From Lachnospiraceae bacterium (lineage in GTDB: Bacteria; Bacillota; Clostridia; Lachnospirales; Lachnospiraceae): a stretch of 64,000 nt of DNA. A model generated the notes under the pieces. It had not been told where the DNA came from and did not search any database. It saw nothing but the letters and a program-made list of their open reading frames with translations. The translations under genes and the position numbers were made by a program. Location of the stretch: NCBI GenBank assembly GCA_024680675.1, contig JAILBX010000208.1, forward strand, positions 18,493-82,492, in the 5' to 3' direction. This document shows positions 56,617-64,000 of this stretch, in pieces. Each line of letters begins with the position of its first letter. Within the stretch, counting starts at the first letter, position 1.

Positions 56617-57489
56617 CTACTGCCTGTCAAAATAATCCTTTCCTCCATCGGGATAGAAATAAGTTCTTATATATCCATCTAAGGAAACTATAACAAACTC
56701 ATTGCTATCTTCTAAATAATAGACATGATCCCCATCCTCAGCCTCTGTTTTATAAAGACTTTTAGGATCATGAATCACCTTATCAGCTGCCTTTTCATAC
56801 TCTTTTGGACTTTCAAATCCCATTTCAAGCCCATGATCATTATAATGACTATTCAGAGTATCTTCATTCCTGAAGGTAAATACAATATTTTCTGTATCAG
56901 GCCTTATTGCCCCTTCTTCATTCTCATTTGCCTCCGTGGCAGCCTTTGAAGCCTTATCCAAAGCTTCATCGATGGCCCTGTCATGCTCATTAAGCTTTTC
57001 CTCTGAAAGCTCACTTACATTTGAAACCACGGCAGAGGGATCATCCAAAAGAGTCTCTTTATTGTTATTTGCTATAACTCCTCCGCTGATACCGGCAATA
57101 AAGACTGCCGCCAGAGCTCCGATAGCCCCTATCTTTCCAAAGGAAGTCTTTTTACCCTGACCTCCTTCTGAATTTTTATCTAAAGCTTTGCCTTCCGGTC
57201 CGGAGCTTAGAGCTTCACTTCTCTTTTTTTTCTCCACTGTGGGGGATTTTTCAAAAGCCTCAAAGGATTGAGCATCACTTCTGATCTCCTCATCCTTCTT
57301 TTCTTCATTGCTGTTTTTCTTCTTTTTATTGTTATAGTATTTCCTGTTGGCAAACTTCTTTTTTTTGTTTGCCTTACGGCAATCCTTACAACGTTTTGGC
57401 AGCTCCAGACCCTTTGAATTATAAAAGCTTATTTCATCATCTGTCAGCTCAAATTCCTTACCGCATTGAATACATGTTTTATTTACCAT
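56617..57489 (-). CDS. Zn-ribbon / single-TM protein with an uncharacterised extracytoplasmic C-terminal domain
   Basis: The N-terminal 'CIQCGKEFELTDDEISFY..LELPKRCKDCR' is a CxxC..CxxC zinc ribbon. It is followed by a Lys-rich stretch, the TM helix 'IGAIGALAAVFIAGISGGVIA', and a roughly 90-aa C-terminal globular region ('LNSHYNDHGLEMGF...GYIRTYFYPDGG'). Confidence 0.6.
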   Translation of the reverse strand: MVNKTCIQCGKEFELTDDEISFYNSKGLELPKRCKDCRKANKKKKFANRKYYNNKKKKNSNEEKKDEEIRSDAQSFEAFEKSPTVEKKKRSEALSSGPEGKALDKNSEGGQGKKTSFGKIGAIGALAAVFIAGISGGVIANNNKETLLDDPSAVVSNVSELSEEKLNEHDRAIDEALDKASKAATEANENEEGAIRPDTENIVFTFRNEDTLNSHYNDHGLEMGFESPKEYEKAADKVIHDPKSLYKTEAEDGDHVYYLEDSNEFVIVSLDGYIRTYFYPDGGKDYFDRQ

Positions 57490-57543
57490 TTAACACCTGC
57501 CTGATTTCACTTTCCTAAAGTCTGTAAATCCTTATCCTTCTAT

Positions 57544-58740
57544 TTAAAGATTTGTATTTGCTGATGACTTTGATATTTCAAGAAGCTTGTTCTTCATTTC
57601 ATTCTCTATTCTTGTAAGTTCAAGCTCAGCTTCCTTCCTCTTAACCCTTCCGTCATTTTGGATCTGCATTACTTCATCAAGAGTTTCTATAAGGGTCTGA
57701 TTGGTCTGAGTGAGAGTTTCAATATCAACGATACCTCTCTCACTTTCCTTGGCAGTCTCAATAGTTGCAACCTTAAGAGCTTCCGCATTCTTTTTAAGGA
57801 GATCGTTAGTCATATCATTAACCTCCCTTGTAGCCTTTGCGGCATCTGCGGAATGGGAGAGACCTATGGCTATAACCATCTGGGACTTCCATAGAGGTAT
57901 AGTGTTTACAAGTACAGACTGTATCTTTTCGGATAAAGTCGTGTCATTATTCTGAATAAGTCTTATTTGGGGAGCCATCTGCATTGAGATGGTTCTTGTA
58001 AGCTCAAGATCATAGATCTTCTTTTCAAACCTGTCTACCATGGCTGAATAATCTCTGGCATTCTGAGAGTCCTCAGGAAGTCCTGACTCCTCAGCCTTCT
58101 TCAAAAGCTTGGGAAGCTCTATCTCCTTTGCTTCCTTTAGCTTTTCCTTACCTGCTATTATATAGAGTGAAAGCTCCTTAAAATAACTCAGATTAGTATC
58201 ATACATCTTGTCAAGCATGGCAACGTCCTTTAAAAGGGTCACCTGATGACCCTCCATGACGCCCACCACCTTGTCGATATTAGCTTCGGTTTTTTCATAT
58301 TTTGCCTTCAGCCCGGTGATCTTGTCTGAGCTTTTTTTAAAGAGGCCAAAAAGACCTCCTTTTTTCTCCTCATCCACATCAAAGGATTTCAATTCCGTGA
58401 CAACAGAGCTTAAAAGCTCCCCTATTTCTCCTAAATCCTTGGTCCTTACACTATCAAGAGCCGAATCCGAAAAATCTGCGATCTTTTTCTGAGCCCCGGC
58501 TCCGTATTGAAGAACCAGCTGGGAATCGGAAATATCGATCTTTGAAGCAAAATCCTCTACCATTTTCGTTTCTTCATCCGTAAGTGTAACTCCCTCTTCC
58601 TTAGCAACGCTGCTTACGCTTATTTCAGATACTTCCATCTTTGCTTTTGGCATTTCAAGGGTGATACTGCTTTCAACCTTACCCTCGGGAACCTTGTCCA
58701 AAACCGCATTTTCCATCATTTTCTCAAGACTTTCACTCAT
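57544..58740 (-). CDS. toxic-anion-resistance protein, TelA/YaaN family
   Basis: 398-aa all-helical protein. The segment 'LQYGAGAQKKIADFSDSALDSVRTKDLGEIGELL' is typical of TelA. Confidence 0.8.
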   Translation of the reverse strand: MSESLEKMMENAVLDKVPEGKVESSITLEMPKAKMEVSEISVSSVAKEEGVTLTDEETKMVEDFASKIDISDSQLVLQYGAGAQKKIADFSDSALDSVRTKDLGEIGELLSSVVTELKSFDVDEEKKGGLFGLFKKSSDKITGLKAKYEKTEANIDKVVGVMEGHQVTLLKDVAMLDKMYDTNLSYFKELSLYIIAGKEKLKEAKEIELPKLLKKAEESGLPEDSQNARDYSAMVDRFEKKIYDLELTRTISMQMAPQIRLIQNNDTTLSEKIQSVLVNTIPLWKSQMVIAIGLSHSADAAKATREVNDMTNDLLKKNAEALKVATIETAKESERGIVDIETLTQTNQTLIETLDEVMQIQNDGRVKRKEAELELTRIENEMKNKLLEISKSSANTNL

Positions 58741-58789
58741 TTTTTCCTCCTTTAAGGATCATATGATAAATTGATATATGATCTCTGGC

Positions 58790-60082
58790 TTAAAAATTCA
58801 TAAGCTCCATATCATCTGCAAGACCTTCCTGAGCCAGCATTGTTTTTAATACCTTGGCATCAGTCGTAACATCCCAGACCGAATCCTTATAAAGATTATT
58901 TAAAAGCCTTACAAAAGCTTTGTTTATTGTATCAAGGGTCTTCTCAATCTCAACCTTGGCCTCAACTATTTCCTTGCCGGGACTGCTTATACTGTCATAT
59001 TCGGCATAGGCCTCAACAAGCTTTAACATAGTGGGAAGATAGTAATCCATAAGCTTATGTATCCTGTCCATCTGCTCAGGATGCTCCTTTACTCTGTTAA
59101 AGATCTCCTTTAAAAGCCTTTCCAAAATATCAAGCTTTTTTGATATTACTTCCCCTGGGATGCGATCATTGAGAGTATGAAGCTTTTCTATGGAATCCAT
59201 GCCCTCGGCTATCATGGAATTAAGCTCAGCCTGCTCGGCAGGACTTAGAAGGGAAGCTGCTTCACCGGCCTTAGCACCATCACTTAAGTTATTTTCCCCT
59301 TCTTTATTTTCCAAATAATTCTTTTCCGACTGCCTGTATTGATCATAAAGAGAATCGGACAACATAAGAGTTGTCTTTTTTTCATCGATATAGCCCTGGG
59401 TAAAATAACCAAGCCTTAGCATCTTATTGATATTTTTTACCACCCTGGACTGCTTTGTTCCCGTCTTTGCGGCAATATCGGAGATCTTTGAATACATCTT
59501 TTCTCCGCAGATCTCGGCGTATCTTTTTGCCTTTTTTAAAAAATTATTATCGGAAACGCCTTTAAAAAAAACAAGGGCCGAAATCCCAAAAACAGCTAAA
59601 GTAAGGGAAAAACCCGTAAGTGAAAATACACCGAAGGCAGCCTGGGCCAGGTTGCCGAGAAGTGAGACTCCCGTAACCCCCATACCAACAGCTCCCCCTA
59701 CCATGCATACCTTTGAAGATACGTTTCCTATGGGATTAAAATTCACAGGCAGGCTGTTTGGGACCTTATATAATTCCCCTTTACCTTCCTGTTGCTGCCT
59801 GTATAATTCCTCTCTCTGTCTTCTTATATTATTTTTTTCAGAGGCTTCCTTTTCTGCTCTGGCCTCATGCTCTCTTTTAATTCTTTCCTGGTATTCCCTG
59901 GTTTTTGAACCCACAGCTTTTCCGGCTGAATCGGTCATATCCTTAAAGACTGCATTAGCTGAATGTATTATGGCATCATTAAGGTCTGAATAATCACCGC
60001 TTTTTAAACCTTTACACAAAGAGTCTCTGATCTCATCACCCAAATGGTTATTATTTTTCCCATTACCCAAAGCAATACTCAC
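58790..60082 (-). CDS. XpaC-like (5-bromo-4-chloroindolyl phosphate hydrolysis protein family) membrane protein with an extended N-terminus
   Basis: Two central TM helices. The C-terminal 'HPEQMDRIHKLMDYYLPTMLKLVEAYAEYD' resembles the XpaC family. Its position upstream of a telA/yaaN homologue mirrors B. subtilis xpaC-yaaN. The GTG start at 60082 is uncertain because the SD abuts it. Confidence 0.6.
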   Translation of the reverse strand: MSIALGNGKNNNHLGDEIRDSLCKGLKSGDYSDLNDAIIHSANAVFKDMTDSAGKAVGSKTREYQERIKREHEARAEKEASEKNNIRRQREELYRQQQEGKGELYKVPNSLPVNFNPIGNVSSKVCMVGGAVGMGVTGVSLLGNLAQAAFGVFSLTGFSLTLAVFGISALVFFKGVSDNNFLKKAKRYAEICGEKMYSKISDIAAKTGTKQSRVVKNINKMLRLGYFTQGYIDEKKTTLMLSDSLYDQYRQSEKNYLENKEGENNLSDGAKAGEAASLLSPAEQAELNSMIAEGMDSIEKLHTLNDRIPGEVISKKLDILERLLKEIFNRVKEHPEQMDRIHKLMDYYLPTMLKLVEAYAEYDSISSPGKEIVEAKVEIEKTLDTINKAFVRLLNNLYKDSVWDVTTDAKVLKTMLAQEGLADDMELMNF

Positions 60083-60197
60083 CCCTTAAACAACATTTCC
60101 TGAAAAAGACATATGATCTGCTCACATAGCAGTATCAAAAGCATCTTTGACCTTGACATCATAATATAAGAAAACACCTATTTAAGCAACTGTTAAA

Positions 60198-60641
60198 TCA
60201 ATCCCTGCCGGCCTCTGACCTGGTCTTTAGCTTGTCATAAAGTTTATTTTGAGCAGGTAATCTTTCATGCTTTTTAAATAGTCTTCCATAGAGCTTAAGT
60301 AATTCATCCGCATCCTTTGAAGACAGACCCTCTATGAGCTCAAGGGTATCCATATGGACTGCTATAAGCATCCAGTATATGGAGGGTTCACTTTTTTGCT
60401 CCCTGTGTATGCAATAAATAAATGACAGTATTTCCTTAAGTGTTTCCGACTCAGGCATATCACTTTTGATCTCGTCAAGATAGTCCTTTAGTTTTTTTTG
60501 AAACTCAAAATGACAGGGCTCATTTGAGAGCTTTTTTCCAAAGCCAAGGATTCCCTCAAAAGCTCCCCGGCTCCTTTGAACCCTCTTTACACTTTCAAAA
60601 TATTCTTCATACAATAGCTTTATATCCTTAACAGACTTCAA
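60198..60641 (-). CDS. hypothetical helical cytoplasmic protein
   Basis: 147-aa ORF in an operon-like position, 15 nt after the upstream lipoprotein gene. I recognise no motif. Confidence 0.5.
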   Translation of the reverse strand: MKSVKDIKLLYEEYFESVKRVQRSRGAFEGILGFGKKLSNEPCHFEFQKKLKDYLDEIKSDMPESETLKEILSFIYCIHREQKSEPSIYWMLIAVHMDTLELIEGLSSKDADELLKLYGRLFKKHERLPAQNKLYDKLKTRSEAGRD

Positions 60642-60656
60642 CCTTATCCACCTTAT

Positions 60657-61838
60657 TTACTCAATAACAGTAAACTCAATGATGGGGAGCCCTTCCCTCT
60701 TTTGTAAAAGCTCCTCAAATTCTTCCTTACCGCCTTTAAATTCCTCATCATGATCAAAATCATTACCGGGTCTTGTATAACCGCCATATTCTTCTGTTCC
60801 CGTTTCTATACCGTCATAGATATAATCCTTTAGCATAAGTGATCCAACATTGCTTACAACATAGGTTTCATAGTTATGATTGTCCCCGCCGTAAATTATT
60901 CCTTCCTCATCTATCCTTAAGGGAAAGGATGAACCATTTCCGGTAACATTAGATGACTGCATCGGTTTTCCCTCAGTCATTATATAAACTGAGGCGTCAT
61001 AGGCACTCTTGTCTGCTTCAAATACAAGATCTGTAACAAGCAGCACCTTTTCATCACTGCCCATAACATCAAGAATGGCGTAACCCTGTCCCGGCTGCAG
61101 ATAAGATATTATCTCATCATAATCCTTAAACTCTGTTACTCCCGCCTGCTCCTGCAGGAAATCAGAAGGACCATCAACCTCTTCTTCAGCGGGGAACATG
61201 GATTCGGCAACTGCCAAAATATCAAAACCATCCAGATCCTTACCCTTGGCAAGCAAAGAATAATTGATGCCGATCTCTTCATCATACCAGGTTAAAAGAT
61301 CTACAGTCTCATCATCCCCTGTATATCTTTTGGAGACAGCTTTCATATCCGTCCCATTCCAGTTCAATGTCTCATTTTCTTCATTTACGGTCCATTCGTA
61401 ATCCTGCCCTGAAATATCCTCTACTGTATCTCCGCTTACCCTGGCTCTGGCTGTGAAAGCTATATCATCTCCGTATTCGGGAAGATTAAAGGTAAGCTGG
61501 ACAAGGGGATACTCACTCTCCTCTGTCTCTTCTATCTGCCAGCTGATATTTGCAGCATCGGGACGAACACTAAAAAGTCTGGGACAGGCTTCATAAGCCT
61601 CATCTGCAGTAGCATCCTTTAATTCTTCATTTGCCCCGCTTTCTCCTTTAGGCTCACTTTCTCCTTTAGAGTCTGTTTCTTCTTTGGCTCCTGTTTCTTC
61701 TTCAGACTCTGTCTTTTCTTCACTTTCAACCTTTTTATCCGAACTGTTATCCACAGCCTTATCACCGGTAGAGCACCCGTTTATCAAAATAGCTGACACA
61801 AAAATCATTCCGATAATTTTTAATAATCTTATCTTCAT
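60657..61838 (-). CDS. hypothetical lipoprotein
   Basis: Signal peptide with lipobox 'LINGC' and an acidic Glu/Ser/Lys linker. The remainder is unassigned. The start is ATG 61838 (MKIRLL), 7 nt after the SD AAAGGA. Confidence 0.6.
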   Translation of the reverse strand: MKIRLLKIIGMIFVSAILINGCSTGDKAVDNSSDKKVESEEKTESEEETGAKEETDSKGESEPKGESGANEELKDATADEAYEACPRLFSVRPDAANISWQIEETEESEYPLVQLTFNLPEYGDDIAFTARARVSGDTVEDISGQDYEWTVNEENETLNWNGTDMKAVSKRYTGDDETVDLLTWYDEEIGINYSLLAKGKDLDGFDILAVAESMFPAEEEVDGPSDFLQEQAGVTEFKDYDEIISYLQPGQGYAILDVMGSDEKVLLVTDLVFEADKSAYDASVYIMTEGKPMQSSNVTGNGSSFPLRIDEEGIIYGGDNHNYETYVVSNVGSLMLKDYIYDGIETGTEEYGGYTRPGNDFDHDEEFKGGKEEFEELLQKREGLPIIEFTVIE

Positions 61839-61956
61839 ATACATTCCTTTCCATATTTAAATAAATTAAAAAATAAGAGATTTTTTCTGAAACTATAGCA
61901 TAACATTTCCTTTTATTCATTTCAAGCCGATATACTTTATTATTTCATTGCAAACT

Positions 61957-61991
61957 AAAATTGACAGAACCCATATTCCGGGTCCTGTCAA
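61957..61991 (-). terminator. rho-independent terminator after the repeat lipoprotein gene
   Basis: Minus strand: TTGACAGGACCC-GGAATAT-GGGTTCTGTCAA (12-bp stem with 1 mismatch) followed by TTTTAGTTT. Confidence 0.6.
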
Positions 61992-62036
61992 CCATATTCT
62001 GATATTGATAGGTCTTAAGCCTGACTGAATATCGAA

Positions 62037-62384
62037 TTATTTTGCTGCCTCTGTAGGAGCTGCTGCATCGGCTGCACCTGCTGCTGCTTCGGCTGCACCT
62101 GCTGCTGCGTCAGCTGCTGCATCTGTTGTTGCGTCAACTGCCTCTTTTGCTGCATCTGTTGTTGCGTCAACTGCCTCTTTTGCTGCGTCAGCTGTTGCAT
62201 CGGCTGCATCTGCTGCTGCGTCAGCTGTTGCATCGGCTGCATCTACTGCTGCGTCAGCTGCTGCATCTGCTGCTTCTGTTGCTGCATTTGCTGCTGCGTC
62301 ACTGCTCTTTGAATTTCCACAAGCTGTAAGTAATGCTGCTGACATTGCACCTGCTAAAATAACTGCTAAAAACTTCTTTTTCAT
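62037..62384 (-). CDS. small Ala/Asp-rich lipoprotein built from 11-residue repeats
   Basis: Lipobox 'LTAC' and an SD AGGGAGGGA. The mature part is almost entirely 'DAAxxAxDATx' 11-mers. Confidence 0.7.
   Translation of the reverse strand: MKKKFLAVILAGAMSAALLTACGNSKSSDAAANAATEAADAAADAAVDAADATADAAADAADATADAAKEAVDATTDAAKEAVDATTDAAADAAAGAAEAAAGAADAAAPTEAAK
62115..62279 (-). repeat. in-frame 33-nt tandem repeat array (at least 5 units)
   Basis: Units 62115..62147 and 62148..62180 are identical. Units 62181..62213 and 62214..62246 differ at 1 nt. Unit 62247..62279 is diverged. All units are head-to-tail with a 33-nt period. Confidence 0.85.
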
Positions 62385-62481
62385 AATAAATCCCTCCCTT
62401 TATATACGATAAACCTTTTGAATTATTTGTATAAACTGCGTTTATCGTTATTACAAGAATGAATTTTATTGCTAAATGCAG

Positions 62482-62514
62482 AAAAGGTAAAGTATCCCCA
62501 GGGCTACTTTACCT
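62482..62514 (-). terminator. rho-independent terminator after the LuxR-family gene
   Basis: Minus strand: AGGTAAAGTA-(10-nt loop)-TACTTTACCT followed by TTTTC, 4 nt after the stop. Confidence 0.6.
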
Positions 62515-62517
62515 GTT

Positions 62518-64000
62518 TTAATCATATTGTTTCCCTCTATGAACAATTCCTGACTGTATAGCCTTTCTTTCAGCATCCGCCCTGTCTTTTGCTCCAAGCT
62601 TTTTGTAAATATTTCTGTTATGTTTCTTCAAGCCGGCGTAAGAGATGCCAAGCTCTTCACAGATCTTATCTGTGGACAGACCCATGCAAAGTCTTGTCAG
62701 AACCTGCATTTCCCTTTTAGTAAACTCCACATCCTCTTTTTCTGTATTTCTTAGATAGTCGGGAAAATAAAGGCTTATCCTGCCACATTCCTCCCAAACT
62801 TTATCTATGTAGTGGGCAAAGAGTCCCGACGGCTTCTCCCTTTTCATATATTCTTCCAGTATGACTAATATGGCATTGCCCTCCAATGATACTATCCTGA
62901 CAAAACTAAATTCAAAAGCCATTTTTATTGCTTTATCAAAGACCCGGTAATAGTTTTCATTTTTCATCCTGTACAGAATAAGGCTTTTAAGCAAAAGAGC
63001 TTCGATCAGGTCATGGTGTCTTTGATAGCTTTCACAAAAGTCCTCAAGAAATATTGAAAGCCTTAAGGCCTCAATTAACCTTCCCTTAGATATCAGACAT
63101 TTTAGCTTTATCATCTGTCGGTATCTGTCACAGGTATTAAAGTCCACCATAACATCCTCTACTTTATTTATATAATCTTCTGCCCCCTGCTCCTGCCCTC
63201 CATATAAAGACAGCCATACTCCAAAGGCTTCCAGATTATCATATATTTCCTCTGCTTTTTCTTTGGCTGTTTTTTTCCGAAAATTACTGTATATATGTTT
63301 AGCTGCAGAATAATCCCCTTCAAGAAGACTTAGCTTTATCTGGATAGCCACAGATGCAAAGCACATTCCCATCCGTCCTCCATACATTGCTGACTCATAA
63401 CCTTTAACAAGCTCTGTCATAAGATCACAGCTATCAGATGATGCCCTTTCAAATCGACTCTCTGCAAGGGATATATCAAGTATTCCTTTGGAATATTTTC
63501 CCGTAATACTTTCCACAGATCTTCCTATAAGCTTAACTATCCGGGTATCGTTTTTGGACCATTCGCAAAAATCCAGACCTCCGTTAATTACGGAGGGCAT
63601 ATTTCCGGTAACATTAAACTCCGGTAATTTCACTTCTCCTTTTACAAAAAGGATAAACACTTCTCTTATGGTATCAAAAGCTTTTTTTGTTCCTCTGTGG
63701 GGCAGAGCAATATCCAGATATGCAATTAAAGACCGGATGTCTTTTCTGTCTTCAGGGCTAAGGTTTTCATTACTGTATAAATCGCAAAGTCTGTCATACC
63801 ATTCTTCCGAGCCTTCAGGCTTTAATGACATGGATAAGAGCATACTTAAAGCCGCCATAAGCAGCGGGGTATTATAAAGCATTTCCTCAGGCAGCTGCGA
63901 ATAATGATCCTTTAGTTTAATAAGCCTGTCAAATCCTTTGTAAGGATCAATGCTCTGTATAAGGATCTCCTCAATTTTTTTTCTTTTATCCGATAGCTTA
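62518..64000 (-). CDS. LuxR-family (MalT/LAL-like) transcriptional regulator, C-terminal part (5' end outside the window)
   Basis: C-terminal HTH 'REMQVLTRLCMGLSTDKICEELGISYAGLKKHNRNIYKKLG' preceded by TPR-like helical repeats. The reading frame stays open from 63882 to the window edge (..KLSDKRKKIEEILIQSIDPYKGFDRLIKLKDHYSQLPEEMLYN..). Confidence 0.8.
   Translation of the reverse strand, partial: KLSDKRKKIEEILIQSIDPYKGFDRLIKLKDHYSQLPEEMLYNTPLLMAALSMLLSMSLKPEGSEEWYDRLCDLYSNENLSPEDRKDIRSLIAYLDIALPHRGTKKAFDTIREVFILFVKGEVKLPEFNVTGNMPSVINGGLDFCEWSKNDTRIVKLIGRSVESITGKYSKGILDISLAESRFERASSDSCDLMTELVKGYESAMYGGRMGMCFASVAIQIKLSLLEGDYSAAKHIYSNFRKKTAKEKAEEIYDNLEAFGVWLSLYGGQEQGAEDYINKVEDVMVDFNTCDRYRQMIKLKCLISKGRLIEALRLSIFLEDFCESYQRHHDLIEALLLKSLILYRMKNENYYRVFDKAIKMAFEFSFVRIVSLEGNAILVILEEYMKREKPSGLFAHYIDKVWEECGRISLYFPDYLRNTEKEDVEFTKREMQVLTRLCMGLSTDKICEELGISYAGLKKHNRNIYKKLGAKDRADAERKAIQSGIVHRGKQYD

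Noticed and set aside
56617-57489. The Zn-ribbon/TM protein might be a polymorphic toxin with a nuclease tip.
   Set aside because: There is no delivery domain (LXG, RHS, CdiA or WXG), no small downstream immunity gene (an ABC exporter follows after 5 nt), and no adjacent secretion-system genes. I kept it only as an unassigned domain in the findings.
62015-62242. A 75-aa Gln-rich ORF ('QQMQPMQQLTQQ..') overlapping the repeat region.
   Set aside because: It is an alternative frame of the 33-nt repeat array. It lacks an SD and a signal peptide, whereas the 62037..62384 frame has an SD, a lipobox and a terminator.
62082-62279. The direct repeats might be a CRISPR array or other non-coding repeat locus.
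   Set aside because: The units are contiguous with no spacers. The period is exactly 33 nt (11 codons), they lie in frame inside an ORF, and no cas genes are nearby.

Overview
This is a low-GC, Clostridia-type (Lachnospiraceae-like) chromosomal segment. I call about 55 protein genes; all but three are on the minus strand and they are very tightly packed, often with 1-10 nt gaps or overlaps. Most of the content is core housekeeping. In window order (5'->3' on the plus strand) it holds: nucleoside salvage (rnhA fragment, mtaD-like, cdd, BMP lipoprotein, punA); a phosphorelay module (two hybrid sensor kinases plus a REC-HD-GYP regulator); a MoxR-AAA/VWA pair; gpsA-plsY-der-DUF512; dut-nrdG-nrdD with an NrdR-box promoter; an SGNH lipoprotein and WYL regulator divergent from an AP2 protein; a GH25-like membrane protein; apbE convergent with rnfCDGEAB; cheR, rpsA, ispH, cmk; a Na+-decarboxylase/carboxyltransferase operon with a TetR; scpAB; rpsU (missed by the ORF track); a 1038-aa surface protein; alaS, asnA; an ABC exporter pair; a Zn-ribbon/TelA/XpaC cluster; and an 11-mer-repeat lipoprotein next to a truncated LuxR/MalT-like regulator. 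I found no rRNA, tRNA, CRISPR array, transposase, integrase, prophage or recognisable defence island. No single obvious novel system stands out. The best candidates for undescribed biology are all hypotheses that need profile, structure or comparative checks: (1) the adjacent hybrid kinases with reciprocal degeneracy, one lacking the acceptor His and the other lacking the ATP-lid glycines, which feed an HD-GYP regulator and are wedged with a client-less MoxR/VWA pair into a housekeeping gene array; (2) a WYL regulator divergent from an AP2 / degenerate-HNH / AP2 protein; (3) the XpaC-TelA-Zn-ribbon membrane cluster; (4) a decarboxylase operon carrying both an acyl-CoA-type and an oxaloacetate/pyruvate-type carboxyltransferase around one BCCP and one Na+ pump.
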